From NCBI GenBank assembly GCA_020510985.1, contig CM035843.1:157123922-157187921 (forward strand): 64,000 bases of DNA, written 5' to 3'. Numbering within the stretch: the stretch's first letter is position 1; each line of letters begins with the position of its first letter. The notes under the pieces were generated by a model, which saw only the letters and a program-made list of their open reading frames with translations, was not told the origin of the DNA and ran no database searches. Shown here in pieces: positions 49,286 to 62,737 of this stretch. Source of the DNA: Pholidichthys leucotaenia. Lineage: Eukaryota. The position numbers and the translations under genes were made by a program.

Positions 49286-51300
49286 TGAATCTTTATTTTC
49301 GGATAGATTAAAAGTAAAGATTAAAAAAGGAAACAGAACAATATAACAAAGGGGGGGGGGAATCCAATAAGGTCAAATCAAACAATAACTCCTCTGATTA
49401 TACAGTTCAACATAAGTTATCCGAAATGGGTGATGGCTGAAGCCGCAGCTTATATTGCCCACCCGTATTCGTCCAAGAATCCAAAAGAAAAACAAAACAA
49501 GAGCGATTACAATTCAGAACAAAGCTAAGATGAAACGTGACAAAAAAAAAAAAAAAAACCAACAACAAAAAACTAAGCAACAACACAACACAGACTGGAT
49601 ATGACAATCCTTTTGTGATTTTACATGTCATCTTGTATATATGTTTGGAGTATTTCTTCCTTTAGTTTTTGTTTAAATTGTCCAAGCGTTGTACATGATT
49701 TTAATTCAGGTCCAAAAGTGTTCCACAATCTGACTTCTTGCACTGAAATACAGTGTTGCTTGGTGGTAGTTCTCACTGAGGGTTTTTGAAATATACATGT
49801 TCCTCTGAAATGATATTGTTTCTCCCTTATTTGGAACAACTTTTGGATATTTGTGGGCAGTGATAGATTCTTTACTTTAAACATAATTACTGCAGTTTTA
49901 AAGTAAACCAGATCTTTCAACTTGAGAGCTTTTAATTTAAGAAAAAGTGGGTTTGTTGGTTCCCTGTAAGCAGCTTTGTTTATTATTCTAATAGCTCTCT
50001 TCTGAAGCATAAAAACTGGATATATGTTTGTTTTATATGTATTTCCCCATACTTCAGTACAATGTCATGTATGGGAGTATTAATGAATGATACAAAGTAT
50101 ATAATGTGGGTTGATTCAGCAAATATTTCACTCTGTGTAGTATTGCAATTGATTTAGATATTTTACCTTTAATATAATTAATATGTGACTTCCAACAGTT
50201 TATTATCAATTATTACTCCAAGAAATTTAGTTTCAGATACCCTTTCAATTTCTACACCATTTACACTGAGTTTAGATACTAAGTTGTTGTGATGGTTGTT
50301 AAAAACTATAAATTTTGTCTTACTTAAATTGAGCGTTAATTTGTTTGAATCAAACCACAGTTTAAGCTTTCCTAATTCCTTTCCAAATGTATCCAAAAGC
50401 TGTTCCAAATTGCTTCCACTGCATAATAAATTAGTGTCATTGGCAAACAATATTAAATCCATTTTTTCCAAGACTTTACATATATCATTTATATACATAT
50501 TGAATAACAGTGGCCCCAAAACTGAACCCTGTGGGACTCCACAAGTAACCTTCAGTAACTGTGAGTTTTTGTTACCAACACATATATACTGATATCTATT
50601 CTTTAAGTAACTACATAACCAGGACAGTGCTACCCCCCTAATACCACAATTTTGTAGTTTCTTTAATAATAGATTATGATCCACTGTATCAAATGCTTTT
50701 TTAAGATCCAGGAATACCCCAGCTGAATACTCTTTATTTTCAATGGCAGTTAATATTTTTTCTATAAATTCCATAGAGCAAATGCAGTTGTCCTCTTGTG
50801 TCTGAACCCATATTGCTGCTCACACAATAAATTATTCTTCATTATGAAGTTGTCGATTCTCTCACAGAATATTTTTTCAAGTATCTTGGAAAATTGCGGC
50901 AATAGTGAAATCGGTCTATAGTTTGAAAATTCCCCTCTGTCACCCGTCTTGTATATCAGAATTACTTTAGCTATTTTCATTGCACTGGGAAATATACCTG
51001 TTTGGAGAGACAGGTTACAAATATACGTCCGTGGTTTCACTAACCATTCAATAATAGTTTTGACTAAGAGCGTGTCAATACCATCACAGTCCGTAGATGT
51101 TTTACTTTTAAACGATTTAACAATTTCAGTGACCTCTCTCGTCTGTGTTCTTTATGAAAATGGAGTCTTGTGTAGCAGTGTTTTTGTTTACTGTATCACC
51201 CATAGGTGCCATAATGGGTATTTCTCGAGCCAAATCAGGACCAATATTAACAAAAAAGTTATTAAATTCATCTGCAGGTGAGACTGCATTCACACTCTGA
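49265..51300 (-). mobile_element. CR1/Rex-like LINE, 5'-truncated, tail-to-tail with the preceding L2
   Basis: ORFs 49621-50010, 50178-50774 and 50762-51040 (-) carry 'NYRPISLLPQFSKILEKI', 'AGVFLDLKKAFDTVDHNLLL', '[20 protein letters not shown]' and 'ILFANDTNLLCSG'. 3'UTR 49290-49620 is the reverse complement of 29400-29810, including the (gaat)n tail. Confidence 0.8.
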
Positions 51301-51459
51301 GTCGGTTTTTTTTGTTTTTTTTTGAAAATTGGTTGGGTAGCTTATATTTCTATCTTATTTCCATTGATTTTAATTTCTGTGTATTTGTAAATTTTAATTT
51401 GCTGTGAAGCACTTTGTGATATACGTATATCTGTGAAAAGTGCTATACAAATAAACTTT

Positions 51460-51850
51460 GCTTGCTTGCTTGCTTTGCTTATGGGGTTCATCTTCATCCT
51501 TCTAGTAGACTCCTGAAGGTTTTTGGCCCAAATTTAGCCTGGTATTTGGAACTGTTCATAGTTTTTCCCACCTTGACTAAAGCCCCACTTCCTGCTGAAG
51601 AAAAGCAACCCCAAAGCATGATGCTTCCACCACCATGCTTCACCATGGGTATGGTGTTTTTTGTTAAGCTACAGTCACAAATACCCTTACGAATGGCTGC
51701 AAACACCGTATGAATGATTTTTGGACCTTTTTGTATGGCCTTCTCAAGGCAGTTGTAGGAGAATCCAACATTCATAGACCGTTCATTAGTTCATGGCCTC
51801 ATTGATGGTCTTGTCCAAGATTTCTACGACTGCCCCACGAAAACCCCTCA
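51460..51850 (-). pseudogene. Tc1 transposase fragment
   Basis: ORF 51494-51775 (-) '[28 protein letters not shown]'. Confidence 0.6.
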
Positions 51851-52299
51851 GCGTGGAACGGCCGTACGAATGACCATAGGAACAATGTAAGAAACTATGC
51901 TCTTACTTCATCTGACTCTGGCCTCCTTTATCCTGTGGGGTGCCTTGGGGGTCTATTCTGGGCTCACTTTTATATTGCCATTACATGCTGCCACTCTTGG
52001 TTCCTCATCAGCAGATTCAAAGGTGTGTCCTTATCACTGCTACGCTGGATGATTTACAGCTGGGGGTTTTTTTAGCTTTCTTTAAACCTGACATGATGAC
52101 AGTATAATAATTATTCACGATTGTCTGTCTGCGAAGTTAAGGAGCTGGATGTCTAAGTAATTTTTTGTAACTGTAAGTTGCTGACAAAAACTGAATCCTT
52201 GTATTAGCACCTAGAATGTCTATTCCTAAGATGGTAATAGGCATTGGTTCATTGAAGAACTAATGTGACCTCGGGTCTGGAGATCTAAAAATGCTTAGG

Positions 52300-53100
52300 T
52301 GTCATTTTGTGACCAATCGATGAATGTTTGTATCAGCATGTCAACTCTCACCCGGAGTTGCTTTTTTCCACCTCAGTAATATCTTCAAAATTAGGTCACT
52401 GGTTTCCTACCGTCATGTAGAAACTATTATTCATGCCTTTGTTTCTTCACGTTTAGACTACTGTAATGCTCTCTTCACATGCCTCAGTAAATCCTCTTTA
52501 CACCGCTTACCAGTTAGTCCAGAACTCTGCTGCTAAGTCTACTGACTAGATCCAGTAGGTTCTGTCATATTCACTCCCTGTTTTGGCCTCCTTGCATTGG
52601 GCTTCCTGTAAATTATAGAGTTGATTTTAAGTTCTTGTCCTGACTTACAAGAGCCAGTTCATGATGAGGCCATCTTCTTATATCAGTGACCGCTCCATCT
52701 ATACCATCCCATCAGGTCTCTCAGGTCTTTTAATCAGAACCTAGCTGGTAGTCCCTAGCACTAGGCTCAGAAACTAAAGTCAATAAAGCCGTGTGCGTGC
52801 TGGTTGCTCCCCGACTTTTGGAACTCTTTACCATTTGAACTTAGATCGTGTACCTTCCATTGATGTTTTTTAGGAAGCAACTAAAGACCCACCTTTTTAG
52901 CCTAGGTTTTTTATAACTATATGTTGATTGTATTTTTATGTGTTTTTCTTGTGTTTACTTTGTTCTTTTACTGCTTTATGTGCCTGTATTTTTATTTACG
53001 CTGTTATTGTATTTTACTATCTTTTTGTGTTTCTTATCATGTTAAGCACTTTGTGACTTTGTCTGAGAAAAGTGCTCTATAGATAGACTTATTGTTATTC
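52300..53100 (+). mobile_element. L2-clade LINE 3' fragment
   Basis: ORF 52324-52536 '[39 protein letters not shown]' is collinear with the L2 ORF2 C-terminus. 3' tail 'aagcactttgtgactttgtctgagaaaagtgctctatagatagac' at about 53045-53095. Confidence 0.65.
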
Positions 53101-53639
53101 ATGCAAGATGATGGCCAGAAGTTACCTTGAAGAAACAACCTTAACCCCCTTGCACTCCGGTCAATTGTTCTTAAAAACGCCAAAAAATAAGGTGCCCAAA
53201 GTAAATCGAAAGCTGTTCTTCAAACCTTTGCAGCATCTTCATGGGTTGGTCTCATTTAAAAGAAAACACTTTGAATTTTTTGGCAAAACGTCATAATCTC
53301 TCTAAGTGCTCCGGCCACTGAATTACAGTCAATCTAAACATAGTGAACTTGAAGAAATAAATTTGGCCTGGGTGTTTTTTGGGATACAAATGCTTGCAAA
53401 TAACACACAGCTTCAGATCCGGGCTGGAAAATGCAACAGAAATGTAGAACCAAGTGTTATCCAGCTGAGGTCCAAATTTGTAACAATACCACAAAAAATG
53501 AATATATTACACAGCTTTTTCCTCAGGCAGTTTCCCAGGGCGTTTTGGAACTGTGCCAAATTGTGCCAAATGGCACAGTTTGGAAAAACGTCTGTAACTT
53601 TAGAATGATTCAATGTAGAAGCTTCATTTTGGGCTCTAA

Positions 53640-53705
53640 TGAAAGGTCACACTCAGGGCTGTGTCTGTGTGTGTGTATGTGTGTCCCCCCCCCCCCCCCC
53701 CCCGC
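53640..53705. repeat. (gt)n-like microsatellite followed by a C18 homopolymer
   Basis: 'ctgtgtctgtgtgtgtgtatgtgtgtcccccccccccccccccc'. Confidence 0.9.
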
Positions 53706-54924
53706 AACAGAGGAAAGACATCGCCCGTTGCACCACGGTCCGTCATGCAGCGATGACGCACAGCTGTAATTTACCGATCAGTCAAAAGTCATTTTGATTA
53801 CAATTTTCAGGGATAAAGAGTAATTTAGCTTACAACACCTTACCTCTTCACAGCAGAAGCGGAGCTGGCGAACTTCTTCCTCATTGTCAGACGAACGCGA
53901 CGCTGGTCTCGCGACCCGATCAAAACATAATTCCATTATTGCGGTTTTGCGCTTCCATGATTGCGGTTTTTGGCGAACGATTTTTCAAAACAAATAACAG
54001 TAGTAATTAAAAATAGACTAGCAAACACGTGTGTGTCACTCAGCCTTCGTCGTCGGCCTCCGTCGGGTCTATGATGACCATAGAAGACAATCCTAATGTC
54101 TATTCTGCTGGGACAAAAACAAACAAAGCACCGCCTGGCCGAGCATGCCGTTGTGCGAATGGCAGTCACTGTCACACAGGTTCCACTTGTGGATGGTCTC
54201 TGTGCTGCTATGTCTGTGGGGGTTCTTCCTGCGGGTCCTTTTTTATCTACTGCAGGCAGTAGTCCTGTCTTCACCCAGCCTTAAAAAAAACAGATCGCAA
54301 ACTTCTCTGCTTCATTGGCTCACGGCATTCACAGCTTTGGTAGGCGGGGTCTTCTTGCTAGTTTTCAGTCATTGGTTCTTCAAGGTTTCGAGAAACCATT
54401 TCAAGGGCTCTTAGTAGTTGAATGAGAGGTCAATCAGATAGATCTAATCTGTTCGCGGGCTGTGTCTGCAGTGGAAGAACGAATATTGCAGCTCTCGCAG
54501 CTCCATCGTAGCGTCCAAGATGGCAACGAGGGCGCACAACCTCGTGCCGTCTGGGACGCAGAGACTTGCCCGTCCGCGGTACAACGAGCACAAGAGGTTA
54601 CGTTGTTCTTGAGGGCCCCTTACAGCAGTCTTCAGAAATGCCATACGGCGATTTGTACAGCATGTGTAAGGCGATAGTGAAGGTGCTCAGCCGACAAAAT
54701 GTGCTGGAAAGCCATAAGATCTTCCCTACCAGTGACTTGAGAGTGCAGTGAATTGCACAAAAATTTTCATAAGATGGCAGTAAGTATGCCATAGGAAGAT
54801 CCCAAGGCACCCTTACGAAGAACGTAAGAACTCTAGGGCCATCGTATGACAGGAAAAGCACCTCATTCTCAGAGAATGCGCTCAGTCGCTCGTTGCGATA
54901 TTGAATGGCAGCTGTAAGAAATGA

Positions 54925-56567
54925 CAGTGCATCTGAAAGTATTCACAGCACTTCAATTTTTCCACATTTATGTTACAGCCTTATTCCAAAATGGATGAAA
55001 TTCTTTTTTTTCCTTCAAAATTCGACTCACAACACCCCATAATGACAATGTGAAAAAAGTTCTTTTGAGATTTTTTTTCAAATTTTATTAAAAATGGAAA
55101 AAAAAAAAAGAAATCACATGCGCATAAGTTAATTCAGTCGTTTTCCATGAAACTCAGAACTGAGGCGGCCAGGCGCACTCTGTTTCCACTGATCATCGCT
55201 TGAGATGTTTCGACAGCTTAATGGGGAGTCCACCTGTGGGTAAATTCAGTTGATTGGACTTGATTTGTAGAAAGGTACATACCTGGCTATATAAGGTCCC
55301 AAGTTGACATGCATGTCAGAGCACAAACCAAGCATGAAGTCAAAGGAACTGTCTGTCAACCTCTGAGACAGGATTGTCTTGAGGCACAAATCTGGGGAAG
55401 GGTACAGAAAAATTTCTGCTGCTTTGAAGGTCCCAATGAGCACAGTGGCCTCCATCATCTGTTAATGGAAGAAGTTCAGAACCACCAGGACTCTTCCTAG
55501 AGCTGGCCAGCCATCTAAACTGAGCGATCGGGGGAGAAGGGCCTTAGTCAGGGAGGTCACCAAGAACCCGATGGTCACTCTGTCAGAGCTCCAGTGTTCT
55601 TCTGTGGAAAGAGGAGAACCTTCCAGATGGACACCCATCTCTCCAGTAATCCTCATCAATCAGGTCTATATGGTAGAGTGGCCAGTGGGAAGCCACTCCT
55701 TAGTAAAAGGCACATAGCAGCCCACCTGGAGTTTGCCAAAAGGCATCTGAAGGACTCTCAGACCATGAGAAACAAAATCCTCTGGTCTGATGAGACAAAG
55801 ATTGAACTGTTTGGCGTGAATGCCAGACATCATGATTGGAGGAAAACCAGGCACCGTTCATTACAGGCCAATGCCATCCCTACAGTGAAGCATGGTGGTG
55901 GCAGCATCATGCTGTGGGGATGTTTTTCAGTGGCAGGAACTGGGAAACTAGTCAGGATAGAGGGAAAGATGAATGCAGCAATGTACAGAGACATCCTGCA
56001 TGAAAATCTGCTCCAGAGCGCTCTTGACCTCAGACTGGGGTGATGGCTCATCTTTCAGCAGGACAACGACCCTAAGCACCCAGCCAAGATATCAAAGGAG
56101 TGGCTTCAGGACAACTCTGTGAATGTTCTTGAGTGGCCCAGCCAGAGTCCAGACTTGAATCCAATTGAACATCTCTGGAGAGATCTGAAAATGCCTGTGC
56201 GCTGACGCTTCCCATCCAATCTGATGGAGCTTGAGAGGTGCTGCAAAGAGGAATGGGCAAAACTGCCCAAAGATACACTACCATTCAAAAGTTTGGGGTC
56301 ACTTAGAAATTTCCTTATTTTTGAAAGAAAAACACTTTTTTTCACTGAAGATAACTTTAAACTAATCAGAAATACACTCTATACATTGCTAATGCGGTAA
56401 ATGACTATTCTAGCTGCAAATGTCTGGTTTTTGGTGCAATATCTACATAGGTGTATAGAGGCCCATTTCCAGCAACTATCACTCCAGTGTTCTAATGGTA
56501 CAATGTGTTTGCTCATTGCATCAGAAGGCTAATGGATGATTAGAAAACCCTTGTGCAGGGCTTCCAG
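54925..56567 (+). mobile_element. Tc1-family transposon relic, third family, 5' part; interrupted by L1 copy C
   Basis: 5' terminal inverted repeat 'cagtgcatctgaaagtattcacagc' at 54925. Transposase fragments '[13 protein letters not shown]...[13 protein letters not shown]...[17 protein letters not shown]...FQQDNDPKH...[15 protein letters not shown]' (55594-56230) with an internal stop. Confidence 0.75.
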
Positions 56568-59500
56568 TTATGGCCGCCGCATAGAAGGACGTGCTTCACT
56601 CTACTCTGCTCCTAAAAAAAAAAAAAAAAAAAATCGGCAAATAACTCTCTCAATTGGAACAAAACCTATCCCAACGTTTGGGCGAGGACATCAGAATCCT
56701 CATGCCGGTAAAGCCTAAGGCTGGGAAATCAGGTGGAGGAAAAACTGAATCGCCGAAACAGTCCAAGTTAACGGACTTTCACGTCCGTGACGAAGCAGAA
56801 GAATCCCCAAATATGGCGGAGGAAGCTAGCGGAGGAGCGGTGACTACTGGCGACGGCACAGGTGCGGTGCTCGCTGCCATTAGTTCAGTGAGAGCAGACT
56901 TTTCCTCTAAACTTGACGGGATTATTGCAGCGATAGAAGGAATAAAAAAGGAGTTAAGCGACTGTATGGAACGAGTTTCGCAGGTGGAGCTCCGAATTTC
57001 CAGTGCTGAGGATGACGTCACCAGCCTACAATTAAAGGTGTGCACATTGGAATTAAAAAATAAATGTCTGGAAGATAATGTCCTGGATTTAGAATCCCGG
57101 TCGAGACTGAACAACCTGAGGCTGGTGGGTCTCCCGGAGAGAACGGATGGTCTGGATCCATGTTCCTTTTTGGAAAAGTGGATCCCAGAAGCGCTGAACA
57201 ACGCGGAGCTGCAGTCATCAGTTGTCTTAGAAAGCGCCCACCGAATTGGCCCACCCAGAGATAACAAGGCATCACCGAGGACGCTGATTATGAAGTTCCT
57301 CAGCTACAGAGACAGGATGACGATCTCCACGCGGCGCGAGCCAAAGGAGAAATTAATACCAGGATCAACAGGTGCGGTTCTACCCAGATTTGGCCAAAGG
57401 AATCCAACAATTAAGGAAACAGTTCGACCCCGCCCGTAAAGAGCTGCGCAACCTTGGATTCGTCATGGAGTGATTTATCCTGCAAGACTGCTGGTCACGT
57501 ATAAGGGCTGAACCCACATCTTCAAGACCCCTGAGGAGGCACAGAAGTTCATTAAGAAGATCCAAGAAGAGACTGGTGGGAGCTAAGCATGAACAAAATA
57601 TAAGGTAGAATATTTAAGCATTTGCACAGGCATCTGACTGATCTGAAGCATATAGCAAGTTTACAAAATATATAGATTGTATTATATATTAAAAAAAAAC
57701 CTATGATGTACAAGTTGCTATAAAATTTAGGAGATAAGTTGGAAAAACTACAGAAGAGAGTAATGTTACGTCATTAAAAGCAGTAGAGTTAGGGGTGATT
57801 GAGAGGAGAAAGAAGGAGTGGTTTTGACTGATCCTCGCTGGTGTGGAGCAGGTCAATGGCTATAGCGGGAGACGGAATTTTTTTTTATGATTTTGGGGGG
57901 ATTACCACGAATGTGGGAAGGGGGAATTTGTTTGTGTGTAGTTTGTAGGATGAATGTTCAACCACTCATGTTTTTGCTTCTCTGTGTGAGCATGTTTACA
58001 TTGCGAGGTAATCTCAAATTCCTTATTGATCATAGACCAAAGCGTTAATCTCAATTTTAACCTTCATGGAATTGCAGAGGTCTACAAAATTAAAAAACTT
58101 AAACAAGTTATGAATATAAATAAGACCATGGTTCAAAAATTGTGTTTTTACAAGAAACTCATCTAATAGAGGAGGATGTAAAAAGAAATTAGAGAAGATG
58201 GCAAAGAAGTGTATTTACCTCATCATTTTCATCCGAGCCGGGGGAGTATGACTCTTACACATAAATTAGTCCCATTTCAAGTGAAAAATGTAATTGGAGA
58301 CAAATGTGCGAAGATATCTAATCATTCAAGGATCTTTGTTATTAGAAAATATAATTTGGGTGAACTTATTACGGTCCCAATATAGATGATCAAAATTTCT
58401 TTACTAATTTATTCCTTATTTTATCTTCACTTACCAGGGCAACATATAATAGCAGGGGATTTTAATTGTACATTGAATCCCGGTATAGATAGATCACAGG
58501 GACTGGACTGTACGCACAATGGATGCAGGATGATCATTAATCATTTTATGAAAGAATTGAGATTGCTAGATATATGGAGAGAAATGAAACCACAAGTTAA
58601 AGCCTATTCTTGTTATTCTAATATCTACAAGACATTCTCACGTATTGACTATTTTTTGATCTCCACAGAATTAAGGTCCAAGATTCAAAACTGCTTCTAT
58701 GATAATATTGTGATCTCTGATCATACACCCTGCTGTCTAATATATGTAGATAAGAAATTGACAAAGGAACCAGGTAGGTGGCAATTTCAGCATAAATGGC
58801 TTCAGGATGAGGAATTTGTTAAGTACATAGAAAAACAGATAGATGAGTTCTTTGATATCAATACTACACAAACATCAGCATGCATAAAGTGGGAGGCTTT
58901 CAAAGCTTTTTATTAGGGGGCATATTATTAGTTATACAGGTTCAAAATCTAAGAAGACTCGAGAGTAGAGAGTCCAATTGGAACATAAAATAAAAATTCT
59001 TCAAGAAAAAGTGTATGCAGGAAGTGACCCAAAGTTAGAGAACGAATTACTGATTCTGAGATCTGAATATGACAAAAAATCAGCGACTAGAGCTGCCTCG
59101 AGTCTTCTAAGATTGAAGCAATCTTTTTATGAACAAGGTGAAAAATCAGGAAAATTATTGGCATGGCAGATTAAACAATTAGAATTTAAAACACCAATTA
59201 CCAATATTATAAGTAACGGACAGCCAGTTGTAGATCTTTTAGAAATTAACAGTGCCTTTAGAGATTATATGAAAAATTATATAATACAAAAATGAAACTG
59301 ACTTAACAAAACTAAATGGGTTTTTGGACGATTATCTATACCATGTATTCCAAATGAAAACGGGGAGATACTGGAGTCTAAAATTAGTCAAGAAGAAGTG
59401 GGCTAGCCATTGATAATATGAAATCAGGAAAAAGTGCAGGACCAGATGGTCTTCCAGTTGACCTCTATAAAAAATTTAAGAATAAATTAATAAAACCATT

Positions 59501-62077
59501 TTTGGAAATGGTTTTAGAAAGCATTTCAAAATAGTAATTTACCACCATACATAAATATGCCTTAATTATACTGTTGCCAAAACCAGGTAAACCCTCTAAT
59601 AAATGTGAAAATATGAGACCAATAAGCCTATTAAATGCTGACCTTAAGATAATCTGTAAAATTTTGCAAGACGACTACAAGAAATATTACCAAATATTAT
59701 TAACCGAGATCCGAATGGCTTTATAAAGGAAGACAAGGCTTCCATAATGTAAGAAGACTATTTAATATTATCTTTTCTAATGAAGAAGCACCGGATACAG
59801 CTCTCCTATCATTGGACGCCGAAAAGGCCTTTGATAGGGTCGAATGACCCTTTCTTTTTGAAGTTTTACAAAGGTTTGGAATTGGAAATAATTTCATAAA
59901 ATGGGTTCAGATAATATACAATAATGCTACAGCAGAAATCCTAACAAACAGCAATATTTCCAAATCAATAATATCAATAGAGGATGGCGACAAGGCTGCC
60001 ACATTCACCTTTACTGTTTACTATGGCAATTTGAACCTTTAGCGATGGCAGTACGTTTACATGCACAAATATATGGAATTAAAGTAGGACCAACAGAACA
60101 TAAAATCTCCCCTGTATGCTGATGACATAATTTTGTTTGTCAAATCTTAAAAAATCAATTCGACCTTGTTGAATTTAATAAAGAATTTTGGGGAAATATC
60201 AGGATATACCAATAAATAAAACTAAATCTTCAATATTAATGCTAAATGAGAACCAGTGAAATCACCCAGCTCCTGAGGTAAATCAATTCAATGTTGTATA
60301 ATCAGTTTAAATATTTAGGAATCCAAATTGTGCCTAAGCTAGAATTAGTCACCAGGTCCAACTATGAAGCCTTAATGACAGACATTAAAGAGTTACTTCA
60401 GAGATGGATGTCACTCCCAATGTCGCTGATCGGGGAGAATCAATATACTTAAAAGTAATATTTTACCCAAAATACTTTATTTATTTCAATACATTCCTTT
60501 ACCACCACCTTCAGATCTGTTCTCAAGAATTAAAAAAAAAGTTAGTGGAATTTTTATGGAACAATAGGAAGGCTAGATTACGTCTGTCCTTACTATATTT
60601 ACCATTTGATCGTGGAGGTCTGAAATGTCCAAACTTTATGTTGTATTACTGGTCAGCACAACTGAGGTCTGTGACATATTATTTTTCATCAAATGATCTC
60701 CCTCACTGGACTGAAATGGAATCATACAATTTACCTTTATCTCTTTCCATATTCATATACTCAGACTCAGCAAAAAAATTACAGAAACAAGTTAAAAATC
60801 CATTTGTAAAGCATATGATCAAAATATGGTGTGAAACCACAAAATATTTAAAAGAACCACACTTACTGTCACAATTTAGCCCAATATGTGGTAATCAATA
60901 TTTTAAACCAGGGAGAGCGGATGCTGTATTTAAAGTATGGAATTTAAAAGGGATTCAAAAGATCAAGACTTATATCTGTCATGTTTCAGATAACATAATG
61001 GTCTTTTGAAGAACACTGAGGGATCAAATTTAATCTTAATAGAACACATTTTTTTTAAATATCTTCAGCTTAGGGAACTTTATTCGATCATAATCAAAAT
61101 AAATGCTCTCATCCGACCTACTTATTCATCCTTGGAAAAAATTTGACGAAAGATAAGTAAGAGAAAGGGTATTATTCAGAGTTTTATAACTCATTGACAC
61201 TATTCTTAAGTGAAAACTCACAGAAAAGATTGAATTATTGGAAAGAAGACCTGCAAACTGAAATTTCAGAGGAACAATGGGAATTGGCTTGTACAGAAGG
61301 TCAAACCAAATCATAAATGTACGTCTTAAATTGATACATTTTAAATGGTTAATGCGGATGTATGTTACACTGGTGGAGTTAAATAGATATAACAAAAACA
61401 TACCAGATATGTGCACAAAAGTATGGAAAGTAAAAGGAAACCCTATTTCATTGTTTAGTGGGAATGTAGAAAAATTAGAGTGTTTTTGGGAAGAGGTGAG
61501 GGTAACAATTGAAAAAATAATTTCAAAACAAATCATATTGAATCCTAAATTGTTTTTGTTGGGTCTGTATCCAGAAAAGCATAGCTTTATAAGAGTGAAA
61601 AGAGCATTCATAGACCTCAGTTTGCTTAATGCCAAAAAATGTATTGTGCTCTACTGTGGAAAAAGACTCAGAGACCAGATGTGACTCATTGGTTAAGACA
61701 GATGTTAACAAACCTTCCACTAGAAAGAATAACATACATACTGAAATCAAAGGAAATTGTGTTGGAGAATATATGGAGACCTTTCATTGATTATGTAAAG
61801 AATTTAAACATAACTTTTGAAGAAGAAGGTGAATGATGTGTGTGGACCTTGTAAATTCCAAACTGGTGAATGTATAATATGTATACTTATGTAATGGATT
61901 GCCTAGACTAAACAGAGGAGCATTGTTGAAGACCTGTCTTTGGTTAGTGGTTGTTGGTGTTTTTTAGTACAATTTTATTTTTTATTTTTTTTTTTTAAAT
62001 TACTTTAGTGTTGGTGTTTGATTGTTTTATGTTGTGTTTGTAAAAAAGGTTCAATAAAAAATATTGTGGAAAAAAAA
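56568..62077 (+). mobile_element. L1-clade LINE copy C, full length but decayed
   Basis: 16-bp target-site duplication 'agaaaacccttgtgca' at 56552-56567 and 62078-62093. 5' start 'gggcttccagttatggccgcc'. ORF1 56654-57439 frameshifts near 57330. ORF2 pieces at 58386-58916 (endonuclease), 60404-61009, 61277-61836. 3' end 'ggttcaataaaaaatattgtggaaaaaaaaa'. Confidence 0.8.
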
Positions 62078-62093
62078 AGAAAACCCTTGTGCA

Positions 62094-62579
62094 ATCATGT
62101 TAGGTCTGCAATGCTGTAATTGCTGCAAATGGAGGATTCTTTGACGAAAGCAAAGTTTGAAGGAAAAAATTATTATTTCAAATACAAATCATTATTTCTA
62201 ACCTTGTCAATGTCTTGACTATATTTTCTATTTATTTTACAACTCATGGTGGTAAAGAAGTGTGACTTTTCATGGAAAACACAAAATAATTGTCTGGGTG
62301 ACCCCAAACTTTTGAACGGTAGTGTAGGTGTGCCAAGATTGTGGCATCATATTCAAAAAGACTTGAGGCTGTAATTGCTGCCAAAGGTGCATCAACAAGG
62401 TATTGAGCAAAGGTTGTGAAAACTTATGTACATGTGATTTCTTAGTTTTTTATTTTTAATAAATTTGCAAAAATCTCAAACTTTTTTCATGTTGTCTTTA
62501 TGGGGTATTGTGTGTAGAATGGAATGAGGCTGTAACATAACAAAATTTGAAAAAGTGAAGCACTATGAATACTGCACTG
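62094..62579 (+). mobile_element. Tc1 relic, 3' part (continuation of 54925-56567)
   Basis: Transposase C-terminus 'KRLEAVIAAKGASTRY' (about 62350-62400). 3' inverted-repeat remnant '...gaatactgcactg' ends at 62579, followed by TA. Confidence 0.65.
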
Positions 62580-62737
62580 TATGCCCCTTTCCACGAATGT
62601 CTGTGAAATTCGTGGGAACTGGGAGATTCCTACAAACCCATTGTTCATAAGAATCTTTGTGACCGTAGTGTGATGTTTGATGGTGTTTTTGTTTATTTGT
62701 GCCAAATGCTGATATTTAATATACAGTAAAATACGGG

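Noticed and set aside
54029-54262. Cysteine-rich 77-aa ORF (possible small secreted or metal-binding peptide)
   Set aside because: No signal peptide, no splice context and no conserved spacing. It sits in a CpG-rich unclassified block. It is kept only as part of the low-interest finding above.
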